Shown here: positions 33,280-47,096 of the stretch, piece by piece
Layout of the letters: every line of letters begins with the position of its first letter
How positions within the stretch are numbered: the first letter of the stretch is position 1
Source: Eledone cirrhosa
Taxonomy: Eukaryota
Direction: 5' to 3'
Length of the DNA: 64,000 nt
NCBI GenBank assembly: GCA_964016885.1
Contig: OZ024740.1
Span: 171,802,001 to 171,866,000, forward strand
Program-made: the position numbers and the translations under genes
The notes under the pieces: model-generated
The model's input: the letters and a program-made list of their open reading frames with translations, nothing else
What the model was told of the DNA's origin: nothing
Databases searched by the model: none

Positions 33280-33750
33280 GAGGGGAGGGTTATAGAGGCA
33301 CAGGAGAGGAAGAGAGCAAAGTACCAGGAGTTGGTGGAGGACTGCCGTGCGAACGGGTGGAGGACAAAGTGCATGCCAATGGAGGTTGGCAGCTCGTTTC
33401 CTTAGCAAAGCCTTCAGAACTCGGGACATTACGAAAGCAAGGAGAGCTTTTCAGGAATAACATGGAAGTAGCAGAAGTGGCTTCTAGATGGTTATGGCTG
33501 AATAGAGGTGACCTGTAGCGTCAGTAGTATGTATGCCAGTTGGACACACAGGCTTAAGGAATGGCATCTAGATGGTTTTGGCTGAAGAGAGGTGACCTGT
33601 AGCCTCAGTAGTATGTATGCCACTTGGGGGACACACACTGAGACTTAAACAACCTCCGCTGTGTCATCTGGATGAGTGTGCAAGTTGTAAGACACGAAAC
33701 ACACAGTTACTTCAGAATACAACACTGATGATGTGTCTAAGGTTTTGCAT
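33280..33750 (+). mobile_element. 3' fragment of an RLE-type (R2-group, HERO-like) non-LTR retrotransposon
   Basis: Translates as EGRVIEAQERKRAKYQELVEDCRANGWRTKCMPMEVG...AEVASRWLWLNR, matching the restriction-like endonuclease C-terminus, followed by 3' UTR. Confidence 0.75.
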
Positions 33751-34427
33751 GCATGTGTGAAGAATTATCTATCTATATGTCTCCCCTCTATCTCACAGTA
33801 TCTCCGTATTCCATCATGAGTGCAAGTTCCTATTTCATTCAACAGGCTCTCTCACGCTCTCATTTTCTCTCATTTTCTTCTCCCCTCTCTCTCATACACA
33901 CACCCTCTCTTCTTTGTATATATTTATCCATTTACATATCTCCCCTCTATCTCTCAGTATTTCCGAATTTCACTTTGAGTGCAAGTTCCTAATTCCTTCA
34001 ACTGGTTCTCTGTCTCCCTCCTTTATCCCCTCCCTCCTCTCATTTTGTCCAGTTTAGTGGGTTTTACCTACGTACATCTGGCAATCTTAACAGTACAGAT
34101 GTTGAGAGCTTCAAAGTTTTGAAAATGAAAATGTCACATCACTGGAGATAATGATAGCAGCTAAAGTTGTCTTGTATTAGAGGACCTAGTGGTTGTGATG
34201 TTTGGGAGTACCAATTATTTTGGCAATTGTTGGTTAGTCCCAAGTTAGCTCTGATCGAACTTGTTTACTATGATCAAAGATGTTCCAGCCTTGAGATTCC
34301 CGACTTTTGTAAATTCATCGTCGAAATCAACGCAGGATTCATTATCCCATATTAGCGTTCCTTTATTTTGTGTTAATGATATTGGTGATGATTGTGTTGA
34401 TAACGTTCTTTTCTTTTACTATTATTT

Positions 34428-34624
34428 GGCGGTGGATTGGCAGTATCGGTAGAGGGTCGGATGCCACGCTTTGCAGCATAGAGTTACGCCCCTTTACGGT
34501 CTGAGTTCAAATCCCGCTGAGGTTAACTTTGCCTTTCATCCTTACGGGGTCGATAAAATAAAGTACCAATAATGCACTGGGATAATTGCTGGCCTTGTGC
34601 CAAAAGTAGAAACAATTATTATTA
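34428..34624 (+). mobile_element. SINE (abundant ~190-bp tRNA-like family)
   Basis: ggcggtggattggcagtatcggtagag (A-box-like), gagttcaaatccc (B box), ctttgcctttcatcct..ggggtcgataaaataaagtacc, tail ggccttgtgcc..tagaaacaattatt. Confidence 0.85.
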
Positions 34625-35084
34625 CTCTTGCTAATTGTTGGGATAATTGGGATGACAGTGATAGTGAGGATGTTTTGGGGTTACGGTGATGAAGCTGTTA
34701 CAACGGTGACGGAGTTAACGGTACTGTGATATATCACACGGTTGTGTGATATATCAGAGAAATAGTTATGTATCAGGATTGTTATTAAATATAGATTTAT
34801 TGCGGGATTCAATGTATATCACATACTACTGTATTTCCGTTACATGCAGTTCATCCTAGGCCGGTTCAATTATAATTTAAAATTTTATGTGATAAGAGTT
34901 TGCTAGCTCTCCACGATTTCTGGAGATAGTGGTTTCTTGGAGCTATTTTTACAGCGCAACGTAGCTGATTCCTAGAAAGACAGAAAGGATTAAAAGAAAA
35001 TTTAATTTCACTAAAATTTGAACCCAACCGGAATTAATATCGTTATTTCGACTCTCTACCAATTCATTCAATACAAAGCCTATC

Positions 35085-35305
35085 ACATATTCAGCGAATT
35101 GGTAAAAGCCTCAGTGTGTTGAACGAAATGCTTCACAGCATTTATTCCGTTCTGAGTTCAAATCTCGCCGCGGTCAGCTTTGCCTTTCATCCTTCCGAGT
35201 ATCGATAAATAAAGTACCAACTTTTGATAGTGGACTAGTGGAATCGTTAGAGCGTCAGTATTTATTCCGGCTCTATGCGTTCTGAGTTCAAATCCAGTCG
35301 CAGCC
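35085..35305 (+). mobile_element. Two truncated SINE copies of the same family
   Basis: ttctgagttcaaatc, ctttgcctttcatcctt, gataaataaagtacc. Confidence 0.7.
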
Positions 35306-35574
35306 TACATGAGTGTTAAACTTAATCTGTTGTTCGATTTAACACCATTGCCTAACCCTTGCATTTGGACCAGGACTCCGATTTGAAAATATCTTCCTTA
35401 CTCCCATCTCTCTCGGGGGGGGGGGGTCTAAAAGAGCACTGCTTCATTTCCATTACTAAGCAGTATAAAAAAATTACACAGACGGATATTAGTAAACTTG
35501 GCGGATAAACATTTGTTTGATAAACCACGGTTATGTACAAGCATTACAGTATTTCACTGTCGGACACAGTGGAA

Positions 35575-35900
35575 GCAGGATGGCGGAGTGGTTAAAAAGT
35601 TCGCTTTGCAGTTATAAGTTCGGTTGACTGGCGGTATCTTAGCCAAGTGTCTTTATCGTAGGCTTCGAGTTAAAATCAAGCCCTTTCAGTGAAACTGAGT
35701 AGACAGGAACTGCGTGGAAACCCGTAGGATGGATTCGTACCAGTAATTTAAAGATCCCGCATTGTCACATGTTGTGTTACGCTGAAACTGTCTGAGAATT
35801 ATGTTAAGAATACACATGACTATAGAATACTCAATCAATTAATTCACGAATCGGATTAAATGGATTGATTAAATGACTGAGTACTCACCGTCGAGATTGA
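35575..35900 (+). mobile_element. Second tRNA-derived SINE family (relatives at 45845-46150 and 57580-57665)
   Basis: tggcggagtggttaa A box; caagtgtcttt; aactgcgtggaaacccgt; gaatactca. Confidence 0.6.
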
Positions 35901-36571
35901 CGGAAGATCCATCATTTCAAGGCCAACATTAACTCATAATTTACACTCACACTATTTCTGCTTCAGCTTCTGCTATCAACAACTGCCATGAAACTTCACC
36001 ACAACCAATATTTCCACCACCACTCTAATTATCACGTTTTCACTTTTAACACCCCCACCCCCACAACAACAACTACCATCATCACACCATCACCACCACC
36101 ATCATCACACCATCACCACCAGTTTTTTTACTCACCATCCACTTCTACCATCTCCACCACAACTACTATAACCACTACACACAGCATCCTTCCTTTCCCG
36201 CTGCTACCATCATAAACCATATTTTTTCTTCCCTACCTCAATAATTATTTTTGTTTCGACACAACAAGGAGGTCTTTACATGATTGCTCGAACCGCTAGA
36301 AACAGCAGCCAAACATCCCACAAAGTTTGATACGGTGTATATGAAAAGTGAAATCGATGGGTCAGTCGTAGCTGGAATGCCTTTTCTTCATAGCTCTGCT
36401 CGATCAGCGGTTACCAGCAGCTAAAAACAACAACAAACAACAACAATTATCTTGTTTACATTACCTTTCCGACTTCCTCGGCAGATTTAGAGGGATTCAA
36501 CCACATTTCTTCCGGGGGTGGGGATAACAGTGTACCAAAACTGAACCAATCAGTCATCTAACCATTTAGAT

Positions 36572-38270
36572 CACAGGTTCTCAACCTATTTAGGCCAAAC
36601 TTTTGTCCCTCGAAATCACTAAACGCCCCTACCCTATTTTTCCATTTTTCAATATACTACTGATTTTGATATCAGTAGATTACTAAAAAAATTGATTAAC
36701 AATACTCCAAAGATACCATTGCAGGCAGCTGAGAGTATAAATACTTGAAAGGAAATATATAAATTTCACAAAAAGGAACATAAATGTTCTTTTTTATGAA
36801 TAAGGACCAGTTGAATTTGTTATATTCCCACCAGGCGATACCAGCTATTTTGAACATTTATACAAGAGCAACTCTGTCTATCCCAAGAGTGCTCTTATCT
36901 GGAAGAAAGTGGCAATTATATCATTTCAAAACTTCCCAATTTTCCCTTTAATGAAACGGACAGAATAAATGTTGATATCTAACTTGATGTCCCCTCTGCT
37001 TTGTGAGCTTAGAGACCACGGAAGAGGGTTTTCATGACCATGCGGGAGGGTATATTTATTAGTAAATGGTAAACTATATACAACAAATGAGTAAGTGAAT
37101 TGTAGTAGATGGTTTCCAGTCCAGTCAGACTGCAACTACAAATAAAAAAAAATTGTTAGTTTGCTTTGTAACAATAGCATATCCAAGTTTTCGGATAAAT
37201 CAACTCACTTTAACTTTGACCTCATTTCAATGGGACCCTTGAACTTTATGGAGTCTAGCTAACTCTTTGACGTCAGGCTGGATTTTAGTAAGATGTAGCC
37301 GGCGATCTCCACGTGTAATTACATTGTAGCGGTTGCGAGCCTTACTGTGCAGTCTGGAAACAGCACCAAACCTCCTCTTGACTAGGTATGAGCTTGGAAA
37401 AGGCGGGGAAAATCTCTTAGCTTCTGCATGTAGGAGTGGAAATCGACGCTGATTTCCTCTTGCATCCAAAAAAGGGGTTCACCTATTTTAGGAAATCTAA
37501 TTTTGATCATGTCATCTGATTGAAGTTCAATGAATTCTTCCTGAAATATAACGTCCAAATCATCAACGTTAGATATGAAGGGATCTGCTACCCACATTGG
37601 GATGTCCATCGGCAAAAGGTCGACAAACCGTTCTCTCATGTTGTCTTGTAGCGCACGGAGGTGAGCGGTATAAATTTGGAGTTGGTCATCGCTTACAATG
37701 TTTTGAACATTGGTGACACTAGGAAAATTATAGAATTCCCGTCAATAAAGATTCCTTTCGATGACATTCAATTTGGCCAGGAATGTTTTCACAGCATTCC
37801 TTGCTTTAAGCAAGGTGATCTTCTTCCCCTGCAAAGCCAACATGACGCTATTGCATTTATCGAAGATGTCAGCGAGGTAGGTGAGAGTCTTGCCTCACAT
37901 CGAGGGTTTTCTTGTACAGTTCAGTGTTGCGTCCTCGCAGAAACTCAATGATAGAGTCGAACAGTTCAAAGAAGTGAGTAAGGCACTTGCCCTATGAAAG
38001 CCACCTCACTTCACTATGAAGGAGCAAAATTATCTTGGCACGGTTGCCGGAAAATTCGTTCATTGAGGGAATGCCGTTTGATAAAATTGATGACATCAAT
38101 GGCCACCTGCTAGGACTTGCTCAACGGCTTGCTGAGTTTCTTCGCAGCCAAGTGTTGTCGATGAATGACACAATGAACAACAAATACATATAGATTTTCT
38201 CTCTTCAGAAGAGTGACGAAACCCTTATGTTGGCCGACCATTGCTCTTGCGTCTTCTGTAGCACATGATA
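36572..38270 (-). mobile_element. hAT (Charlie/Buster-type) DNA transposon, 3' part with decayed transposase
   Basis: HCVIHRQHLAAKKL, LLLHSEVRWLS, FPSSYLV..RNR...RGD.RL.LTKIQPD..L..QGSH (hAT dimerization domain); terminus caggttctcaacct. Confidence 0.88.
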
Positions 38271-38350
38271 CAATGTGTGTTGTATTTGGTCCTAGATGTA
38301 TATATTACCTGCCTGTGTGTTGTAGGCAGTCCTAGATGTATGTATGTATG

Positions 38351-38441
<91 letters not shown>

Positions 38442-38446
<5 letters not shown>

Positions 38447-39779
38447 AATATATCATCTAACATAAGCGCACAGATGCACGCCTATGCCAGCAAATACACA
38501 GGTTATGTCATAGTACCTAGGTGGTTCAATGCAGGAGGATGCAGAACAATAATATAAAAGACGTAAAATAAGAAAATCTTTAAAAAAAATTTTTTTTTTT
38601 AAATTTTTACTTACTTACTTAAATTTTCACTCCAACTAATTAGTTTCTGCAATGGGATAAAGACAGTTACGTAATCTAACTGTCGAGAATTCATTGCGTC
38701 ATCAGGGAGTCTATTCTCAGCTAAGTCTCCAGGCAATGCGCGGACACTGGCGGCTCATATAAAAATAATAATAATTCGGTAGATGGAACAGCTAGCGAGG
38801 ACTGAATTCCATGCACTGAAATCCTCACTGCCTCTAGTCAAATGGCCGATTCTAAAGAATCAATCACGTGATACAGAGGCTAGTCAGAATGAATGGGATG
38901 GTAAGATGACAGACGCCTACTAACACCCCCCCCCCAAATTTTTTTTAGAAGTGGTTTTGGCAGGTTTGCTCGACAAATCAGTGATTTGGAGATAAATATA
39001 GATAATTTAATATATCAACTAACATAAGCGCACAGATGCACGCCTATGCCAGCAAATACACAGGTTATGTCATAGTACCTAGGTGGTTCAATGCAGGAGG
39101 ATGCAGAACAATAATATAAAAGACGTAAAATAAGAAAATCTTTTTAAAAAAATTTTAAAAAGATTTTCTTATTTTACGTCTTTTAAAAAAATGTTTAAAA
39201 GATTTTCTCATTTTACGTCTTTTATATTATTGTTCTGCATCCTCCTGCATTGAACCACCTAGGTACTATGACATAACCTGTGTATTTGCTGGCATAGGCG
39301 TGCATCTGTGCGCTTATGTTAGTTGATATATTAAATTATCTATATTTATCTCCAAATCACTGATTTGTCGAGCAAACCTGCCAAAACCACTTCTAAAAAA
39401 AATTTGGGGGGGGGGGTGTTAGTAGGCGTCTGTCATCTTACCATCCCATTCCTTCTGACTAGCCTCTGTATCACGTGATTGATTCTTTAGAATCGGCCAT
39501 TTGACTAGAGGCAGTGATGATTTCAGTGCATGGAATTTAGTCCTCGCTAGCTGTTCCATCTACCGAATTATTATTATTTTTATATGAGCCGCCAGTGTCC
39601 GCACATTGCCTGGAGACTTAGCTGAGAATAGACTCCCTGATGACGCAATGAATTCTCGACAGTTAGATTACGTAACTGTCTTTATCCCATTGCAGAAACT
39701 AATTAGTTGGAGTGAAAATTTAAGTAAGTAAGTAAAAATTAAAAAAAAAATTTTTTTTTAAAGATTTTCTTATTTTACG

Positions 39780-39790
<11 letters not shown>
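38442..39790. mobile_element. Retrozyme-like element, 562-bp unit, back-to-back (about 1.25 copies minus, 1.1 copies plus)
   Basis: 38442 repeats at 39004, and 39160-39790 is the inverted copy. HHRs at 38629-38710 (-) and 39632-39713 (+). (TA)n on both sides. Confidence 0.88.
39632..39713 (+). ncRNA. Type I hammerhead ribozyme with extended stem II (mirror copy at 38629-38710, minus strand)
   Basis: actcc CTGATGA c gcaatg..gacagtta-gattacg-taactgtc..cattgc a GAAA ctaattag TT^ ggagt. Confidence 0.85.
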
Positions 39791-39828
<38 letters not shown>

Positions 39829-40519
39829 CGGCTTTATTTAGAATTCATGAAATATAAATAAATTGAAAAGGTTTGGTAGAGACAGACTGTACTTTATCGA
39901 CCAGACACTATATTTCAGCTGCATCCCGCAGACAAACTAGTGAAAACATTACCGCGAAAAACAGCTAATGATACGTGTTATGTGAGCAATTCCTAGAACT
40001 CTGACATGGGGAAATGAGTTATCTCGCTCGGGCGTCTGCTGTATCAACATTTTAAGCCAACAGGATCCAGTTTTGACTGGAAATCAGCAACGTCGAGGCT
40101 ACTCCTGATAATACTATTCAAAGTTGTATGTCCAAAGAAATGTCTAGCGTCGTAGTGGCAAGAGATCGAATGTGGCTTCACAGAGGCATTGTGTGGTTCC
40201 TACTCTTGGAGACCAGGATGCAGCGCAACTCCGATGCAAGTGCAATGAATTTCAAGAAGGGTATCAGTTGACAAAGGCCTCCATTTGATCCACACGCTAC
40301 TGTTTGGTTGTGAGGGAGCTTGAAGACATATGAAACAGTTTTGTTTGAGAGAATTCTCAATCCTCGTGAAGGTTGGACAGCATTTGACATCATTCCCTTT
40401 GCATTGATACGCAGCACTCTACGCGTCAGTGAGTCCATCATTAATGCAGGCAGTTCAAGGTCCAGTTCAAGGTCCACAGATCGACGAAACTCTTCTGTAT
40501 AAGATTAATTAATATTCTG

Positions 40520-40920
40520 GCATCACTGTCTTGTAGAGTTATGTTAAACAGCTGTTGTCATGTGAAGAATGGATCCGGCTATCATTCCACTACCTATCTT
40601 TGGCCTGGATGGGCAGGAAGTTTCCCCTGTCTGGTGATTATGGTGAAAATATATTGTATGATGGACAAGACTGGAGATAGATACTTTCATTTTTAGCCAA
40701 GACCATATCAACTTTTTCAAGTTTCAGCCAGGGAGGAAATGGGTTTGAGATGGATGTTAATTCTCAGCAATTAATTTACTAAAGGGGTGTCAGTGGCATG
40801 ATAGAACTTGTGGAATGTGTCTACTCTGAGGATACGAGTAGATTCCTTCTGAGAACTCAGCTGAGGGAGGATACATGCCTTTAGGGTTCCCTGATTTGCA
40901 CAAGGTGACTATCACATTAT
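40520..40920 (+). mobile_element. Highly decayed Tx1/L1 3' fragment
   Basis: cttgtagagttatgttaaacagctgttgtc..ggatccggctatc matches 300-356. Confidence 0.65.
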
Positions 40921-42288
40921 TATATGGATACAATAATGAACCAAAATTTAAGGGAATTGATTGTGTCGACTGTTACTCGTCTATGAATATTGGCACTCAA
41001 AATCGCAGACATCAATTCATTCTATTTGTAAATATTTTGTCTTAAAACTTCTAATGTTTATTCAAGGTTTCTTGCGTATAAAATGCCTATACGGTCGAGT
41101 CTACTACTAACCTCCTGCTCTTTTAAAACCTCATTAATATCCAACAAGCCTTCGCCCATTCAACTAGCATGCTTTGATGAGATAAACTGGCTATAAACAC
41201 AACATTTACAGTAGAAAACATAGTAACTAAAACAACAGCTTAACTATATAAACAATATAATTTTCTTCTTTTAAATATTAACCAGTTGAAACCAATCCAT
41301 CACATTAATTCACCCACTCTCATAATGATGTTGGAAAAGCCATAAACCTCAGAAAATCGCATCTTTTCTATTTTAAATGTCCAAGTTTTTCTTTTCTTCT
41401 TTTTTTTTTGTAGTGCGTGAGAAATTTATTTTACTATATCTTTTAAGAATTCGTAGTAACAGTCATGTTTCTCTTAAGTACAACAGCAACGGCAGTAAAA
41501 TAATATAAGACCGACTGAAAATCGAAAGACATGCAATTCAGGTCGACAAAAACTTACTTCTAATGTTATTATTGTTTAGTTCCATATCAAACATGATTCA
41601 GAGTTACCTTTGATTAAAACGTTGCAGTTGTAGCCATCCTGTTTAAAATGTTTTTTTATGAAGTGTATCTAGGACTACATTATTGAATGCACCCTAGTAA
41701 GTTCTTTCAAAGGAATTGTGTTTATTTAAGATCAAGGACAACATTATAGGAAACAATATTATATCTGGTGGTATAATCTATTGGAACTATCCCAGTAGAT
41801 TAATGATACTTATTTTTTAAACAGTGTAATGATGAAATAATAAGTCGAACACCAAGAGAAACACGAAACAAATTATTAGTTTCTTTTCACTAGACATAAG
41901 ATCAAATATGAAGAGAAAATATGATTTCCATCTCAAGATCATTTGATAGAAAACACATCTTCGATATCAAATAGAAACCTTAATCGAAGCCTCATCATCA
42001 TTGTTCAACTGCAGTTGCAGACGGCTACAATCCTCTTCCATAATCAGTTCTGGTTCTATAGTGAACTAATGAGCCTTGGCTATCAATGGGATTAAATCGC
42101 TAGGCAGAATTTGAACTCAAAACGCAATGTACGGGAACAGATACCACAAGTCATCTCATCTGAGTCTGCTATCGAAAGATTCTGCTATCGAAAAATGTAA
42201 AACAAAATTGACCTCAGTCAGATTTGAATTCAGAACACAGAGGACCAGAACAGACACTACGAGTTATTCTGTTTGGGGCTCTAAAAGC

Positions 42289-42552
42289 TCTGCCACTTCG
42301 TCACCAACGGCACTGCCACTTCGTCACCAACGACGCTGCCACTTCGTCACCAACGGCACTGCCACTTCGTCACCAACGGCACTGCCACTTCGTCACCAAC
42401 GGCACTGCCACTTCGTCACCAACGGCACTGCCACTTCGTCACCAACGGCACTGCCACTTCGCCACCAACGGTGCTATCACTTCCCCACCAACGTCGCTGT
42501 CACTTCGCCACCAACGTCGCTGCCAATTCGCCACCAACCACTCTGCCACTTT
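42289..42552. repeat. 21-bp minisatellite (tgccacttcgtcaccaacggcac-type)
   Basis: About 12 tandem copies, degenerating rightward. Confidence 0.95.
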
Positions 42553-43084
42553 GTTTGCCAGGAAACTGTTTCTTAATTTATAACGCTCGACAAAACAAAA
42601 CCGAATATTGTTTAACATAAGTAAAAAGCCAAACATTTTGGAGAGATGTAAAATCGATTAAATCGATGCGGAACTTAACGGTCATTTACTTTACCGACCC
42701 CCCAAAAATGGAAATATAGTTGACTACAATTTTTCACGGATTAGTTTTGAAAGGAAGAGTAGCACCCGTGATCCTATTTTTTCATGGCCTACAAAACGGG
42801 TAGATAAAAAGGAGGGCATTACACTCAAACTCTCAGACAAGACTCAAACGCTTGCGACAGAATGAACTTCGCTGAACACAGTCAAGAACCGGGTGGTGTT
42901 GTTAAACCGGACACCGGACTACCACCCAAGAACTCAGATCGCTAATTCTGGACTGATACTTTATCTTATCAACCCACGAATGGATAAAAGATAAATTAGA
43001 CTATGGCAGGATTTGAACGCAAGGCAGAGTGTAGATGGCCAAAACAAATACCACAGTGCATCTTAGATTTGGTTTGTGATCCTG

Positions 43085-43210
43085 TCTCTATTAGTACTCC
43101 CGAAGAAGGGCTTAAGCACGATACGTCGAACTTTCCTCTTTCCAATATAAAGCGCGAAACTAATAAGTCTTTTTGTACATATTTATTGTCTCCTTGAACT
43201 CTCTCTCTCT
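43085..43210 (+). mobile_element. Decayed Penelope-like pLTR end with degenerate HHR
   Basis: ctcCCGAAGAagggcttaagcacGATAcgtc..agcgcgaaactaataa matches the minus-strand pLTR at 43680-43810. Confidence 0.55.
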
Positions 43211-43235
43211 TATATATATATATATAGATATATAT

Positions 43236-43670
43236 AAATGAAAATATTCGCTCTACATGGCTGAATACAATACAAGCCTCAATTTATCGCTCGTATTCAG
43301 GAAACTGACTGGCCAGTCTGCTGATATGCAAATCTGGCTGATCAGTGGATCTGCTAATATGCAGATTTAACTGATCAGCCAGTCTGGTAATATGCAAATC
43401 AGGCCAATCAGTGACTGTGTATTTTAGAAAATAGCATATATTTACACTAGCTCTGACAGTTTGGCAGGTGAACAGTGAGCTGTACTGATGAAGGGTGATA
43501 CCCAGAAACATTAGTGTCTGCAGTTCTGTTCACATGCCAACACAAGAGCAAGAATGAAGGGTTTATTCTACTGACATGGCTATAAAATTGAGGCTTGTTT
43601 GCATAATTGCAAATGAATCGAATGTTATTATTAATATTCGAAAAACTCAGATTACATTTATTATATATAT
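43236..43670 (+). mobile_element. Monomeric retrozyme-like insert (~435 bp) between (TA)n tracts
   Basis: Non-coding; carries a well-formed HHR and upstream repeats with ATGCAAAT. Confidence 0.65.
43461..43540 (+). ncRNA. Type I hammerhead ribozyme with GUC site
   Basis: ttggca g gtgaaca gtgag ctgta CTGATGA a gggt-gat-accc a GAAA ca-ttag-tg TC^ tgcag ttc tgttcac a tgccaa. Confidence 0.88.
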
Positions 43671-43677
43671 ATATATA

Positions 43678-44396
<719 letters not shown>

Positions 44397-44932
44397 TATA
44401 TTTGAAATCATTTTCTGATTTAGGATCAAATCCACATATTTATAGGTAGGGGATTGAAGTGATCTCTATGCTTTTTCTCAAGAGTATTAAAGGCTTAAAT
44501 GAAGAGAGTTGCTTTCTGAGTATGTCACCAAGGTGGGGGCGGGGTGAGGACTAGATGACACTGCCCTTTGCATTTCAATTGTGCATTCACAGATTTAGAA
44601 AATAAAACTTATAAAATCGTCCTGAAAATCATTCCTTGCGAAAAACTTCCCATCCAGAATGTTCTGAAGCCCCCGAGCACAAGAGCCTGGTGCTTTCACA
44701 GAGGAATCGAAACCGGATCACAGAAATGGCCAACAGACAGTTCCTGGCTTTATTCTACAGTGTTTGTCATTTGGCTATATAAAATGATAAAGTACAACAT
44801 AAAATAATAAACAAAAAACAGAGAATTAAAATAAGTACAAAAATAAACTTGCACTGAAGATAAAACCCACAGGAGCTGCACCTAATTTAACTTTCTATGA
44901 TTATGTGTGTAGAGGGGTGTTTGTGTGTGTGC

Positions 44933-45080
<148 letters not shown>

Positions 45081-45162
45081 ATATATATATATATATATAT
45101 GCGGATATATATGTATATATGCGGATATATATATGCTTGTGTTTGAATGTCACGAAATCAGT

Positions 45163-45265
<103 letters not shown>

Positions 45266-46343
45266 GTGTTTGTGTATGTACGTATATTTTGTACTGATAT
45301 CTCTAGCAATGGTTACCAGATGTGAAACATCGCATCGTGTGTGTTTCTTCACTCGGCTGGCAGGACAGATGGCTCGCCGGTTGCCTGGTTGGTGTGATGG
45401 TTTGTTATTGTTGGTTGGGTGGATGGGTGGGGAACTGTTTGTTTGACGAGCAAATTGTTTGCCTTATTACGTGAATGACTGACTGGTAAAATCGACTGGC
45501 TGGATGATCGTTGGCTGGTTGGATGATATCCAAATGAGCAACTAGTTAGCCCTGCTAGATAGCTAGGGTGTCGCTTTTTTGTTTTGTTCTTCAGCCACAG
45601 TTTATCTCTTAACAAGCAGAAATATGACTAAAACCATTCCAGTCGTAACCCATTCGTCTGTTTAGGGATATGTCAGACTATATTATCTAATATATCCTTT
45701 CCTTATTTAAGATGGTCGGGTCTTATTTCAGAGAAATCAGGTCGACTGATCATACTGAGTGTAGAAGGTTGGGGTGATTGCTGGTTAAATTATTGTTAAC
45801 TAACCTGTTTTTTCTCGGTGAGTTAGTTCAATATATGAAGCAAGAATAGCTGAGTAGTTAAAGAGGTTTACTTCGCATTAATGAAGTTCTGAGTTCGATC
45901 CGTCTGCGTGAAATCTTGGGCAAGTATCTTTACTTACCATCACTGTGTAAGTGAATGTGGAGAGTCAGAAACTGTATAGAAGACCGTCGGATAGATTAAA
46001 CTTGTGATTCAAAGGTCTAACCTTGATCATATTGAGCCATGCCGATTCATCTTATGAGCATACGTGTTTTAGGAATACTCAGCCACCTTCACGTTAATTT
46101 AAGGAGTCGGACGTTGAGCTGATCGAACAATTGAAAGCTCATCGTCCAAACCATAGATGTCGCGGTAAAAAGTAAAGTATTGGATGATTTTATAGCAATC
46201 AACATGTCTCCAACATGGGTTCATACAAACCCAAAGGTTTCGTTAAATATTTTTGGTGTTCCTACAGGTTTTATCATAAAGTGTAGCAATTCTCCATGAT
46301 ATTCTAAAAGACATTAACGTGCTATTCTTTTATGAAATGATAT

Positions 46344-46516
46344 AGAAATTAGTATTGGTGCTCTGAAATAGCGATGTATGTATGAATGTACGTACAGTAT
46401 ATTTAATAATATACTGTATGTTTATTTAAAAACATTATGAAGGCCATTCGCTATGAATTTTAAAGTAGTGACTAACGTCACATACCTAGTCTCGGCAAAT
46501 GCAAAGAGAAGTAATC
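46344..46516 (-). repeat. Old diverged partial copy of the 310-bp retrozyme unit
   Basis: tgctctgaaatagcgat, ctgtatgtttat, aaacatt.tgaag, tcgctat, acgtcac, gcaa.g.gaagtaatc occur in the same order as in 29180-29330. Confidence 0.7.
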
Positions 46517-46911
46517 AACTTTTTAAATGGAAGTTGCATTATTTTAAGGTATGTCAAATTTATTTATAAAACGGCTTATATATTGTATTTTGTCTGAGGA
46601 AGGCATACCATATTTTTAATATGATATCCCAGAAATATATATAATGAAATAAATATGGTTTTATAAATATAGTTTCCATTTGTTTAATATCGTAAACCTA
46701 CTCCAAAACCAGTTGAGTGCTTTTATATCAGTTATAAAATATTTACTCGTTGTAACCCAACAATTTTAAATAAAACTTTTGCATATATACATATATATAT
46801 ATATATACTTATATATATATATATATACTTATGTATATATATACATTTATACATATTCATAATATATGATGCGCGTGTGTGTGTATGTGTGTGTATGTGT
46901 GTGTGTATGTA

Positions 46912-46942
<31 letters not shown>

Positions 46943-47012
46943 GTGTGTGTGTATGTGTGTGTGTGTGTGTGTGTGTGTATTTGTATGTGTGTATTTGTAT
47001 GTGTGTATTTAT

Positions 47013-47096
<84 letters not shown>

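Noticed and set aside
33660-33705. HHR-like ctggatga...acacGAAAcac in the HERO-like 3' UTR
   Set aside because: The core is not CUGANGA and there is no valid stem I or NUH site.
34428-34624. tRNA genes
   Set aside because: The A/B boxes belong to SINE heads and no cloverleaf can be formed.
42127-42583. 149-aa and 119-aa repetitive ORFs
   Set aside because: They are products of a 21-bp minisatellite next to SINE debris.
46590-46645. CTGAGGA...GAAAtatata hammerhead candidate
   Set aside because: Stem I and the cleavage triplet do not register, so at best it is a decayed remnant.
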